28,101 nucleotides of DNA from Eledone cirrhosa (taxonomy: Eukaryota). This document shows positions 1 to 10,833 of this stretch, piece by piece. Within the stretch, counting starts at the first letter, position 1. Each line of letters starts with the position of its first letter. The stretch is taken from the NCBI GenBank assembly GCA_964016885.1, contig CAXHJY010001035.1, positions 1 to 28,101 of the forward strand, read 5' to 3'. The notes beneath the pieces are model-generated. The model was not told the DNA's origin. It did no database searches and worked only from the letters and a program-made list of their open reading frames with translations. The position numbers were made by a program, and so were the translations under genes.

Positions 1-57
<57 letters not shown>

Positions 58-458
58 CACACATATATATACATATATGTACTTATATACATACACACTT
101 TACATATGTGCGGGAAGAGGGGATGGGTCGAGTGTGATAGACAGATGGATGAGATAAGCTGAAAGAAGACAACCTGATAGAATGAGTGGTTTAAAAAAAA
201 ATCGTAAAGAAAGAAAGGAAGAAAGAAGGAAGGAGTGAAGTGAGTGACAGACAGACAGACTAAGTTGTGGAGTGAGAAGGATATATGACGAAATGTGGGG
301 ACGGGGGGAGTGCTGTAGACGCGGGTGGGGACGAGACGGTGCCAATGTCTTGCTAACTATTTCCTTACACAGACATTCTCTCAGAGAGGAAGATTTAAAC
401 ATTGTTTTGAAATAATTCGTCCCGGAGGGAACAAAAAAAAAAAGAAGCTTACTGGGTA

Positions 459-1280
459 TTGTTGTTTGTGAATGTGGTGGTGATAAATAGTTTTGATAGA
501 AGTGGTGATGGCGATGGTGATATTAATGGGTGTGGTGGTGGTGATAATAGTGGCGATGATAATAGTAGTGGTGGTATTGATATAATAGTGATGATGATGT
601 TGGTAGTAGTGGTGTTGATAATAGTGGCGATGGTGGTGGTGATAATAGTGGAGAAGGTGGCAGTGGTGTTGATAATAGTGATGATGGTGGTGGTGGTGCT
701 GTTGGTAGTAGTGGTATTGATAATAGTGCGATGGTGGTGGTGGTGGTGATAATAGTGCGATGGTGGTGGTGGTGGTGATAATAGTGCGATGGTGGTGGTG
801 GTGATAATAGTGGAGAAGGTGGCAGTGGTGTTGATAATAGTGGTTGTAGTGTTGGTAGTAACGATGTTGATAATAGTGATGATGGTGGTGGTGCTGTTGG
901 TAGTAACGATGTTGACAATAGTGATGATGATGATGATGATAGTAGTGGTGGTGGGGGTTGTGGTACTGTTGGTTGTAATGGTTGTGGTGCTGTTGGTTGT
1001 AATGGTGGTGGTGGTGGTGGTTGTGATACTGTTGGTTGTAATGGTGGTGGTGGTGGTTGTGGTACTGTTGGTTGTAATGGTGGTGGTGATGATAATAGTG
1101 GCTGTGGTGCTGTTGGTTGTAGTGGTGTTGGTGATGGTGTTGATGGTGATAATAGTGGTGGTGTTGGTGGTGTTGGTTGTAGTGACGTTGGTGATGAAGG
1201 TGGTTGTGGTACTGTTGGTAATGGTGATGGCTATAGTGCTGTTAGTAGTGATGTTGATAATAGTGACAGCATGGTGGGGG
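459..1280. repeat. Low-complexity GGT/GAT/AGT trinucleotide-derived repeat
   Basis: Recurrent gataatagtg and ggtggtg motifs give poly-Val and poly-Thr pseudo-ORFs. Confidence 0.9.
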
Positions 1281-1858
1281 TGTTTGTGGAGGGTTAGCAA
1301 CTAACTGGCGCTGGTTATATTCGTCAGTTTGATGACACGACACCACTATATACATAACACTCGACCCAACATGACACCACGCGACCTAAGCATGATAGAG
1401 AGAGAGAGAGAAAGAAATAATAAAAGATATAGTGATTGTAATGATGATGTTGGTATTGGAAAGTGATAGTGAAGATGAGAAGCAAGATAGCATGCCGAAA
1501 CAAAAAAAAAACAACAACAAATTATTCATTTAATTTTGGTGTGAGATGGGGTGGGTGTATAACGAAAATGGAAAAACCCGCTTTTAGTTGAAATAATTGC
1601 GATCGAACATATTGCACCGAGAAGCCTTTCATTGGAGTTACCTCCCTTACACCAACCTAAAAACAATCACAGGCGCTGCTAAACAAACATGCATTTTATG
1701 CATATTTATAATAAACGTTAGACCTAATGAAAAACATTAAGTGTTTGTATATAAAACGTGTGTCTATGCGAGGTAAGATCGAGTAATCTTGGTCAGAATC
1801 CACACTTTCTCGTTCAAGCATTACCCACAGAACTAGCAGAGTCATTTTCCTACTTTCT

Positions 1859-1889
<31 letters not shown>

Positions 1890-2119
1890 CACATCCATAA
1901 AGAAGCTACTGTTGAAATATACTACAACAATAAATGTTCACACCAAAAGTGGTAGAACTGAACTGAACTGAACCTGTTCTCTCATGTCGACTGACTGACC
2001 TTGTAGAGGTCTGTCTCTCGTGATAACTCATGATCAACGTTGCCAATCAATTTCAAGGCTCATTAAAATCAAATATCAGTTAAGTATTGAACTTACGTCG
2101 GTTTCGACGAGTGTTTTAG

Positions 2120-2582
2120 TTGTATGATCAACGGAACAGCTTGCTCGTGAAGTTAACGTGAAAGCAACTGAGTGTTATTTATTTTATAGATCACCAACAC
2201 TAGGGTGGTTGGCATGTATTGGTGATCTACATGATAAACACACCCAGTACACTCTGTAAAGTGGTTGGAGTTAAGATGGGCCCCCAGTTAAAAAGGGTCT
2301 GGAGGACTCTTCAGTCGTGTCAAATACATGACAGCCTCTCTATTAAGTATAGCTTTAAGATAATTCTCATGGAAATTTAGCATGATAAAGTAAGTGTGTG
2401 TGACAAGGCTGGTCTTTTGAATTAAAGATACAACTCACCTCCTTCCCTCCCACCACTGAAGCACACTGGAACAATGTAAAATGAAGTGTCTTGCTCAAGG
2501 ACACAACATGCTGTAGGGAATCGAACTAATGACTTTATGATCGTGAGACAAACACCTTACCCACCAAGCTACTTGCCTTCAC
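2120..2582 (-). mobile_element. Diverged tRNA-head SINE(s) with a ccttgagcaagacac body
   Basis: aagtgtcttgctcaaggacacaac...atcgaact...ccaccaagcta..gccttc resembles 7340-7450. The 2120-2440 part resembles 13850-13990. Confidence 0.55.
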
Positions 2583-2779
2583 ATCAGTAAAGTACTCTAT
2601 CATATATATTCCACTATAGTCTTCACACCAAATTTGAGGCTTTGTGTATTCAAAAAAATTATTAAGGTGGATTGGTAGAATGATTAACTCTTCCAAGACC
2701 ATATTTCTAATAGAATATACTCCATTCTAATTAATTAATGAAGAATTTTGAGGGATTTAGTAAAGCTATTATTTCATTA

Positions 2780-3220
2780 TACAGTTATGGTCCTTTATAT
2801 TCTCAGTTCAAATCCCACTGAGGTTAACTTAACTTTTTATCCTTACAGAGTCAATGAAATAAAGTACCAGTGATGTACTAGGGCCGATTTAATCGAGTTT
2901 CCCATCCCCCAAAATTGTTGGCTTTGTTCATTAATCAGAACTTAATATATGGTTCTTATATAAAATTGTGTTGGAAGATTTTAATTTAAACAGGAACCAT
3001 TTAAAATGTGTGGTTTTCTTTCATATAGCCAGAACTAGTTTTTGCCAGATTGATATCCAAATGGTTAAGACCTTACAGTATTGCATTATGGATCTCTACA
3101 TTCTGAGTTCAAACCCTGCTGAGGTCAACATTGAATTTCACCCTTCCTGGGATTGATAAATAAAATATAGCAACATTCCAGCACTGCAGATAGATATAAT
3201 TGATTGTTACCGCCCCATAC
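2780..3220 (+). mobile_element. Two diverged SINE family 2-related copies (~2780-2945 and ~3060-3220)
   Basis: Both carry gttcaaa.ccc.ctgaggt.aac, tcatcc/tcaccc and gataaa-like motifs. Confidence 0.6.
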
Positions 3221-3628
3221 CAATTTCATTAACATATTTGACTTTCATCCTAGAACATGTGGATACAAATGTATGAAAAAAGCAATCAACACATAATGTG
3301 GAAGCTGAGAATATTTGTATTAACAGTTGTATGACTTTGAGGTTTCAAAGCCATATTAAACACATCTAATTGTACCAGATGCTTTTCAAATATATATATA
3401 TATATATAGTAATAAATGTGAAGACTAAAATCTGAAGAGGGCTTGATAAGGATAATATATATAGATATATATAAAGAACCTGTAGAGCAAATATTTATTA
3501 AAATAACTTCTGATAAAATCTGAAAGTTTCAGATCCCGTTAAGGGTGAAAGCAGCAATTCTTTGCTTAAACTTTAATCTTTTATTTTAATATATATGTAT
3601 ATATATATATATATATGAATGTATATAT

Positions 3629-3887
3629 AGTGTATTTGGTAATACACTGTATACTTAATTAAAAGCATTCTGAAGACCTTACGCTATTGTTTCAAAGTAG
3701 TGACTATGTCACTCACTTCTTTTTTCAACAAACAAAGGGAGATAAGCTGACAGATCTCTGTTTCATACTGTTGGTATTCCTCAGAGCTTAGCAAAAGAAG
3801 TAAGTGACACAGTCACTACTTTGAAACAATAGTGTAAGGTCTTCAGAATGCTTTTAATTAAGCATACAGTGTATTACCAAATACACT
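3629..3887. repeat. Foldback element: 95-bp inverted arms (3629-3723 and 3793-3887) around a 69-bp hammerhead-containing spacer, in a (TA)n context; probably Penelope-like derived
   Basis: The arms pair base-for-base (position sum 7516) with 4 transition mismatches at 3653, 3683, 3706 and 3714. Confidence 0.9.
3743..3790 (-). ncRNA. Type I hammerhead ribozyme with intact consensus
   Basis: Minus strand: UAAGCU CUGAGGA AUAC-CAACA-GUAU GAAA CAG-AGAU-CUG UC^AGCUUA. Stem I is 6 bp, the core is CUGANGA/GAAA, stems II and III are 4 bp each, and the cleavage triplet is GUC (cut between 3749 and 3748). Confidence 0.88.
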
Positions 3888-3936
3888 CATATATATACAT
3901 CGCTATTTCAGAGCACCAATTCTAATTTTATATCAT

Positions 3937-4191
3937 AATTTTACGTCCGCTTTACCCTGCTTGCAAGGGTGGGACGGGAACTGATTCTGGCTTGATTTCT
4001 ACAGCTGGATGCCCTTCCTAACACCAACCTCATTTACAGTGAGTGCTGGGTGCTTTTTTGCCGTGGCACCTCCACGACCACTTTGCAGTGGAATGATAAG
4101 GATCCCAGTCCCTATCATCTCATTTCTACAGCTGAGTAAACTGGAGCAATGTGAAATAAAGTGTCTTGCTCAAGGAAACAACACATCACCA
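3937..4191 (-). mobile_element. 5'-truncated copy of the RTE-tailed SINE
   Basis: Near-identical to 7167-7380 (tttacgtccgc...gcttgcaagggtgggacgggaactgattctgg...gtgtcttgctcaaggaaacaacacatcacc). Lacks the tRNA head. Confidence 0.8.
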
Positions 4192-4442
4192 CATTTATAT
4201 ATTTATATATATATATATATATATATATGCTTGAAGAAGAGATGGACACCAGCAAGCCCACTGAAATGCTATGATAGACACACCCAAAAGTTTAAAATGG
4301 CACCACAAAAACTGATTGCACCAGTTATGAGAACTTGATTGATTGATGTATATATATATATATATATATACATATATATACACATGCAAGTTGAAAGAAG
4401 ATTTGATCTAAATAATGTAAGTTAATATTATATACACCTCAC

Positions 4443-4719
4443 CCATTTGGTAGTTTATAAGGAAATACATGGAGTGTGTTTGTAAGAGTTAAACATCTCA
4501 GTTTGTTGGAGATGGAAGTTTGCTCTGTTTTGTTATGTATTTTTGCCACAGGATAGATTTGATGCACTGCAGCAGTGCTAATGACCAACCAACAAATATT
4601 TTCTTTTTTCTTTTTGGCTGGGATGCCAACAACTAGCAATGGCTCAACATTTAAGGTGTTTAGGAAGCCAAGCTTGTTCATAAAGTAACTGCTGATACTG
4701 AGCCTGCAGTCAATATGTT
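4443..4719 (-). other. Candidate exon (277 nt, one frame fully open, internal ATG)
   Basis: Acceptor ttttttacattatttttaaag| and donor GG|gtgagg around non-repetitive sequence. The peptide (MNKLGFLNTLNVEPLL...) is not recognised. Confidence 0.3.
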
Positions 4720-5326
4720 CTTTAAAAATAATGTAAAAAAGGTAGCCAAAAAATGTAGATATATAAATAATATAAAGAGAAGGGGAAAAAGAAGCAGTCA
4801 TTGCTTGGTTGTCTTTTACAATTGCCACTGTTAGTAAAAGTGGGGAAAAATTTGTGCTTTGGAGTGTAAAAAGAGGCAATGTAAATATGCATAATTAGTG
4901 CCGCTTCAGGCAAACATCAAACAGAGAGGCAAGCATCAAAACAGACTCTCAGGTGACAAAAGGAATCAGGTAATCAAGATAACCCCCCGCCCCCGCCTCC
5001 CCCCCCCCCTCATTCCTGCCAAACACACATATATGTATAGGCAAATGAATATGCACATCTGTATTCACTGTGTTCCTATACACACGCAGAAACGCAGATA
5101 CACACAAACACACACAGACATACACTCATGCAGGCATATACACATACACAAACACTCATGCAGGCATATACGCATACACAAACACCCAAACAGGCATACA
5201 TTCATGCACACAAACGCACATATACACACAGTTTATACATAGCCATACATAGATAGCAGAAAGATAGTAAAACAATTACATGTAGAGATATGCAAGTGAA
5301 CACATAGAAATACATTCACAATCACA

Positions 5327-5381
<55 letters not shown>

Positions 5382-5687
5382 CATACACACACATATACAT
5401 ATAGAAATGCATTACCTGGGATAAAATATATACATATACACAGTTCTCAATATGCACAGAAACACTTCCATACATTTGTGAGTATGTGAACAAAGTACAT
5501 ACACAACCACAACCAAATAAATAAATATACAAAATGTGTCACAATAAAGAAAAAGAACATTATTATATTTGTAGGTTTTCCTTATTTCTACCTATTTAAA
5601 AATCCTGGCTCATTAAAAATATATTTTGCACATATCATCAATCCCTATATATATATATACACATATGCATCTTATGTAATATGCGTT

Positions 5688-5754
<67 letters not shown>

Positions 5755-6454
5755 GCATCTTATGTAATATGCGTTGGTATATATATATATATATATATGT
5801 AATGTATGCAAAAAGTAAATGGAACCAACAAATGAAACAACACAGTACAATGAAGAAATATATTAGTTTAACACTTGATATAGTATGAAAAGTGTCTTTA
5901 CGTTTCGGACACGAGTTCTTCATCCAATGATAGAATGAGAAATGAAAAGTGAAATGAAAGGTGGAGAGTAAGATGAAGAAGGAATGGAAAAAAATATTTT
6001 GCAAAAAAGCACGTATGTATTCAGTCAGCCATTTTGATCTATATATATATGAGGGTTATTTTTGGCATTTTTTGCTAAACACACTAAATATTTTCTGAAT
6101 TAAGGACTCAGATACAATATATAGTCAATATAATAATTGTTATTAATGGTGACAGTTTACTTCGAAGTTTAGCTGATGTTAATATTTTGGTAAAGCAATG
6201 ACATTGGCAAAACTTCAATGTAGATAGTCACCATTAATAACAGTTATTTTATATATTATTTTTCTTTTTACAGCTCTCAATCATTAGATCATGTCAGTGC
6301 TGAGGCTCTGCCTTGATTTAATCAATCTTATCGACCCTTTGACTTATTTTATCAAATCTGTTACTTATTTCATTGATTACTTTTTTGTCGATTAAAACAC
6401 AGACGCAGTTTGACACAGCGCTCCACACACACACGCATATATATATATATAAAT

Positions 6455-6605
6455 GACAGGCTTCTGCAGTATCCCTTTACCATATTCCATTAACAAGGTA
6501 TTGGTAAGCCCAAGGCTATAGTAGAAGACACTTGCCCAAGTTAACATACAGTAGGTTTAAACCCAAAGCAATGTGGTTGTTAAGTTAACCCAATTACACA
6601 GCCAT
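6455..6605 (-). mobile_element. Diverged SINE (cccaaggctatagtagaagacacttgcccaa type)
   Basis: The same motif recurs at ~16575-16610 and in degenerate form at ~14050-14085. Confidence 0.55.
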
Positions 6606-6622
6606 ACATACATATGTATCTA

Positions 6623-6673
6623 TCTTGGCTGATGATCCTGCAAGTAAGCAGGTGAAACCCCAGAGTAACAAGA
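6623..6673 (+). ncRNA. Minimal type I hammerhead ribozyme motif, near-intact
   Basis: UCUUGG CUGAUGA U CCUGC-AAGUAA-GCAGG U GAAA C-CCCAGA-G UA^ACAAGA. The core is intact, stem II is 5 bp with a U.U closing pair, stem III is short, and stem I has one mismatch next to the core. Confidence 0.7.
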
Positions 6674-7095
6674 CTAACTACTTAACCATAATAAATGAAT
6701 AGTTAAACTCTGCTTCAGTAATGAGTTCTCTTTTCTCTTGTGTGTCAACTACATAAGGATATGTATATTTATATGTGTGTGTGTGTGTATTTAGTAGTAG
6801 TACAGATTAAAAGTTTAAGCAAAAGATTTCTGCTTTCACTCTAAGAGGGATCATATCAAACTGAATCTTTGTATTTATTATTACTATATATACATATATA
6901 TGCAGGCTGCATGACAGGATTCTATTTGATTGGAAAGGAGGGGGGGGGGGGGGGGGGGGGGGCAATGAATTATAGCCAAATGCCCTTTCAGATGTCAGTC
7001 CTTGTGAGATGCAGATATATGGTGTACCTATTCTGATCTGGATAAAAACAGCTTCACCAACCATATAACTAATTAAACATATCATTTTATGTTAA

Positions 7096-7150
<55 letters not shown>

Positions 7151-7153
<3 letters not shown>

Positions 7154-7447
7154 TCATCATCATCATCATTTTACGTCCGCTTTTCCCTGCTTGCAAGGGT
7201 GGGACGGGAACTGATTCTGGCTTGATTTCTATAGCTGGATGCCCTTCCTAACACCAACCTCATTTACAGTGAGTGCTGGGGATGCTTTTTTGCTGTGGCA
7301 CCTCCACGACCACTTTGCAACTGAGTAAACTGGAGCAATGTGAAATAAAGTGTCTTGCTCAAGGAAACAACACATCACCCGGTCTGAGAATTGAACTCAC
7401 AACCTATCGATTGCAAGGCCAATGCTCTAACCACTAAGTCATGTGCC

Positions 7448-7450
<3 letters not shown>
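7151..7450 (-). mobile_element. Full-length tRNA-derived SINE with an RTE-derived 3' tail
   Basis: Minus-strand head has A-box-like tgacttagtggttagag and B-box-like gagttcaattc, then a ccttgagcaagacacttta body. The tail matches the RTE 3' UTR at ~22315-22465 and ends in (GAT)n. (TA)n on both flanks. Confidence 0.85.
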
Positions 7451-7499
<49 letters not shown>

Positions 7500-8134
7500 A
7501 TTTTGTTTTTATTTTTAAAAAAATCATATTTATATGTACACTACTTTTATAAAAAAAAGTAATTTAATACTTAGAAAACACGTCATCATTTCAGAGATGT
7601 GTGCGCGAGTGTGTATAGCTAAGGAAGAATGACGAGTGTGTATAGCTAAGAAAAAGAAGAATGACAACAACAACAACAACAAAGAATGAAAATATATATA
7701 AATGAATGAATGAATGAATGAATGGATGAATGAATGAATGAAATATAGATCCAGAAACAACAGCTCCACCCACAGCTTCCTCTCACACAAGTGGTTCCTG
7801 ATTACTGCAGAAGCATTTCCTCTCTCTCACTCATTCTCTCGCTCATTCACTCACTCTCCCTCCTCTCTCCCTTCTCTTAATAACATGCCAAGCTTCTAAT
7901 GATTAACTTTCCTCCAGATTTTAAAGTATTGGTTCCAAGGCATTGCATGAAGGCGACGACAGCAACAACAAGAACAGCAATAATAATGATTTCTTTTATT
8001 TGCCACACGGGTATCAGATGGAGAAGGCATTATAAAGATGAGTTACAACATTAAGGTGTGGAATTACATAGAAATGTAGAGAAGAAACAAAAAACAGGTG
8101 ACATGTATACAAGTTGGGTATACATAGTAGACAT

Positions 8135-8314
8135 AATTGTTTTTACTATTGGCACAAGGCCAGCAATTATCCCAGTGCATTACTGGTACTTTATTTTATC
8201 GACCCCGTAAGGAGGAAAGGCAAAGTTAAGCTCAGCGGAATTTGAATTCAGACCATAAGGGGGCGTAACTCTATGCTAGAAAGCATGGCGCCTGACCCTC
8301 TACTGGTACTGCAA
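8135..8314 (-). mobile_element. SINE family 2 copy
   Basis: The reverse complement aligns with 18086-18262. Confidence 0.8.
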
Positions 8315-8359
8315 TATGAGGTATTCAGTCCTTCATTGATAGAGAGCTGAATACCTAAG

Positions 8360-9676
8360 GCTAATTGAGGAACAGACCAGATCCACAATTGCCTTGACCA
8401 TCAGAGACGAGTGTTCTCCTACATCCCAGTTCAAAAGGGATAGCCCTTGACAGTTCTAGCTACTGCAGCAGTGGTTATAGAGTCAAGACATACAGAAGAG
8501 GCTACAGAGGACATCCCTGATGAACCAAGCACTCAATAAGAAAGAGCTCTGAGAGGAGGCCGTTTATTCTACCACTGAGAATGTGCCGTTGCTGTGCATT
8601 GCCGGTATCCAACCCCTGAAAACACAAGCACTCAATAAGAAAGAGCTCTGAGAGGTGGCCATTTATTTTACCACTGAGAATGTGCCGTTGCTGTGCATTG
8701 CCGCGATCCAACCCCTGTAAACACAAGCACTCAATAAGAAAGAGCTCTGAGAGGTGGCCATTTATTTTACCACTGAGAATGTGCCGTTGCTGTGCATTGC
8801 CGCGATCCAACCCCTGTAAACACAAGCACTCAATAAGAAAAAGCTCTGAGAGGTGGCCATTTATTTTACCACTGAGAATGTGCCGTTGCTGTGCATTGCC
8901 GCGATCCAACCCCTGAAAACACAAGCACTCAATAAGAAAGAGCTCTGAGAGGTGGCCATTTATTTTACCACTGAGAATGTGCCGTTGCTGTGCATTGCCG
9001 CGATCCAACCCCTGTAAACACAAGCACTCAATAAGAAAGAGCTCTGAGAGGTGGCCATTTATTTTACCACTGAGAATGTGCCGTTGCTGTGCATTGCCGC
9101 GATCCAACCCCTGTAAACACAAGCACTCAATAAGAAAGAGCTCTGAGAGGTGGCCATTTATTTTACCACTGAGAATGTGCCGTTGCTGTGCATTGCCGCG
9201 ATCCAACCCCTGAAAACACAAGCACTCAATAAGAAAGAGCTCTGAGAGGTGGCCATTTATTTTACCACTGAGAATGTGCCGTTGCTGTGCATTGCCGCGA
9301 TCCAACCCCTGTAAACACAAGCACTCAATAAGAAAGAGCTCTGAGAGGTGGTCATTTATTTTACCACTGAGAATGTGCCGTTGCTGTGCATTGCCGCGAT
9401 CCAACCCCTGTAAACACAAGCACTCAATAAGAAAGAGCTCTGAGAGGTGGCCATTTATTTTACCACTGAGAATGTGCCGTTGCTGTGCATTGCCGCGATC
9501 CAACCCCTGAAAACAATGCCAAAACTGGCTGCTCTAAAGACAGCCCCCAGGTAGCGATGGTCACCCCTATCAAAAGCATTTCGATGATTCAAGTTGATCA
9601 AAGTCCAATCAAAGCCAGGTTTACTCCCTACCCTCTCTATGATGTATCACATCTGTTTGGAATTGCGCATGAAGAT
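8360..9676 (-). pseudogene. Degenerate Tx1/L1-clade reverse transcriptase fragment, expanded internally by a tandem array
   Basis: Minus translation across frameshifts gives YIIERVGSKPG..LINLNHRNAFDRGDHRYLGAVFRAASFGIVFRGWIAAMHS...INGHLSELFLIECLVHQGCPL*PLLYVLTL*PLL. This fits the L1/Tx1 pattern LD.EKAFDRV.H.YL...GF...W...NG..S..F...VRQGCPLSPLLY.L..EPL. Confidence 0.85.
8526..9515. repeat. Tandem array of exactly 10 x 99 bp with a 3-unit (297 bp) higher-order period
   Basis: Units start caagcactcaataag at 8526+99n. The diagnostic base in cccctg[A/T]aaaca runs A,T,T,A,T,T,A,T,T,A (8619 to 9510). Confidence 0.97.
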
Positions 9677-9679
9677 AAT

Positions 9680-9838
9680 GTTAATAATAATGGTTTTTGA
9701 TTTTGGTTACAAGGCCAACAATTTTGGAGAGAGGGGAAGGTGGATTAAATTGACTCCAGTATGTTACTGGTACTTTACATTATCGACCCTGTAAGGATGA
9801 AAGGTAAAGCTAAACTCAGCAGGTTTTGAACTTAGAAT
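9680..9838 (-). mobile_element. Older SINE family 2-related copy
   Basis: ctggtactttacattatcgaccctgtaaggatgaaaggtaaagctaaactcagcaggttttgaac. Confidence 0.7.
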
Positions 9839-9849
9839 ATAACACACCA

Positions 9850-9886
<37 letters not shown>

Positions 9887-10494
9887 GCAAAGTCACACAG
9901 TTTTACAATATATGAATGTATGTGTGAATGACTGTATTAGTGTATTTCATAAGTCTATCAATTTCTTTTCCTTTTTTTTGAGTGGGAGGCTTATAATTAT
10001 TCATATAAAAAGTTGTCTAAATGCTTCCTTACCAATCAGACTTTGTATGTATGTTTGTGTGTGTATGTATGCATGTATGTGTGTATGTATGCATGCATGT
10101 GTGTACGTATGTATGTATGTGTGCATGTGATTATGTATGTATGTGTGTATGTATGTGTGTATGCATGTGTGTATGCATGTGTGTATGTATGTATGTGTAT
10201 GTAATGTATATGCCTGTATGCAGTATATATATATATATATATACTCATGCATACATGCGCAAAATCAGCAATATATTAAACAAAAATATAAAACACAGAC
10301 AACTGCATGTGTAAGAAAAAAACTCGACAGATACATAAATACAAATAATAATGCTAAAAAGAGGTAGAAAATGTGTAAATACATTGAAGGTTTCTTGCTT
10401 GGTTGGCTTGTAATGGCTGACTATTGAGTAAAAAAAAGATCAATATACCTGACACATATACACAGATACACTTTGTACATTACACATTTTCACA

Positions 10495-10543
<49 letters not shown>

Positions 10544-10732
10544 GTGTGCGTGTGTGTGTGTGTGTTTAGATATATAGTAAGAGAGAGGGAGAGAGAGAGA
10601 GAAAGAGGGTTGCCATAGAGATAATAGCAGGATGTATGTAAATGAAAACATACACACATACATACATATACAAATCTTCATCATTGCTTGTATGGGTCAG
10701 ATGCAAATATATATATATGTGTGTGTGTGTGC

Positions 10733-10770
<38 letters not shown>

Positions 10771-10833
10771 ATATATCTATATATATCTATATCTATATAT
10801 ATATATGTATGTATATATAACAATATATATATA

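Noticed and set aside
3428-3536. CTGAAGA...GAAAGTTTC as another hammerhead
   Set aside because: Stems I and III cannot be formed convincingly and stem II is long and disrupted. At most a decayed Penelope-type relic.
6941-6962. Long G homopolymer and the C-rich tract at 4983-5009 as functional G-quadruplexes
   Set aside because: They could form G4, but nothing supports a function and homopolymer lengths are error-prone.
7360-7450. tRNA gene
   Set aside because: A/B-box-like motifs are present but there is no cloverleaf. It is a SINE head.
8319-8356. 10-bp inverted repeat (aggtattcag/ctgaatacct) as a terminator or regulatory hairpin
   Set aside because: It lies at a SINE/Tx1 junction and is best explained as a repair or template-switch scar.
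8502-9503. 333-aa repeat-protein ORF, or a CRISPR-like array
   Set aside because: Units are contiguous with no spacers and no cas genes, in a eukaryotic context. The ORF exists because 99 is a multiple of 3 and lacks a true ATG start. It is an amplified Tx1 RT segment.
10001-10367. Clusters of YI/HT/CV/MY-rich ORFs here and elsewhere
   Set aside because: Translations of (TA)n, (CA)n and (TATG)n microsatellites.
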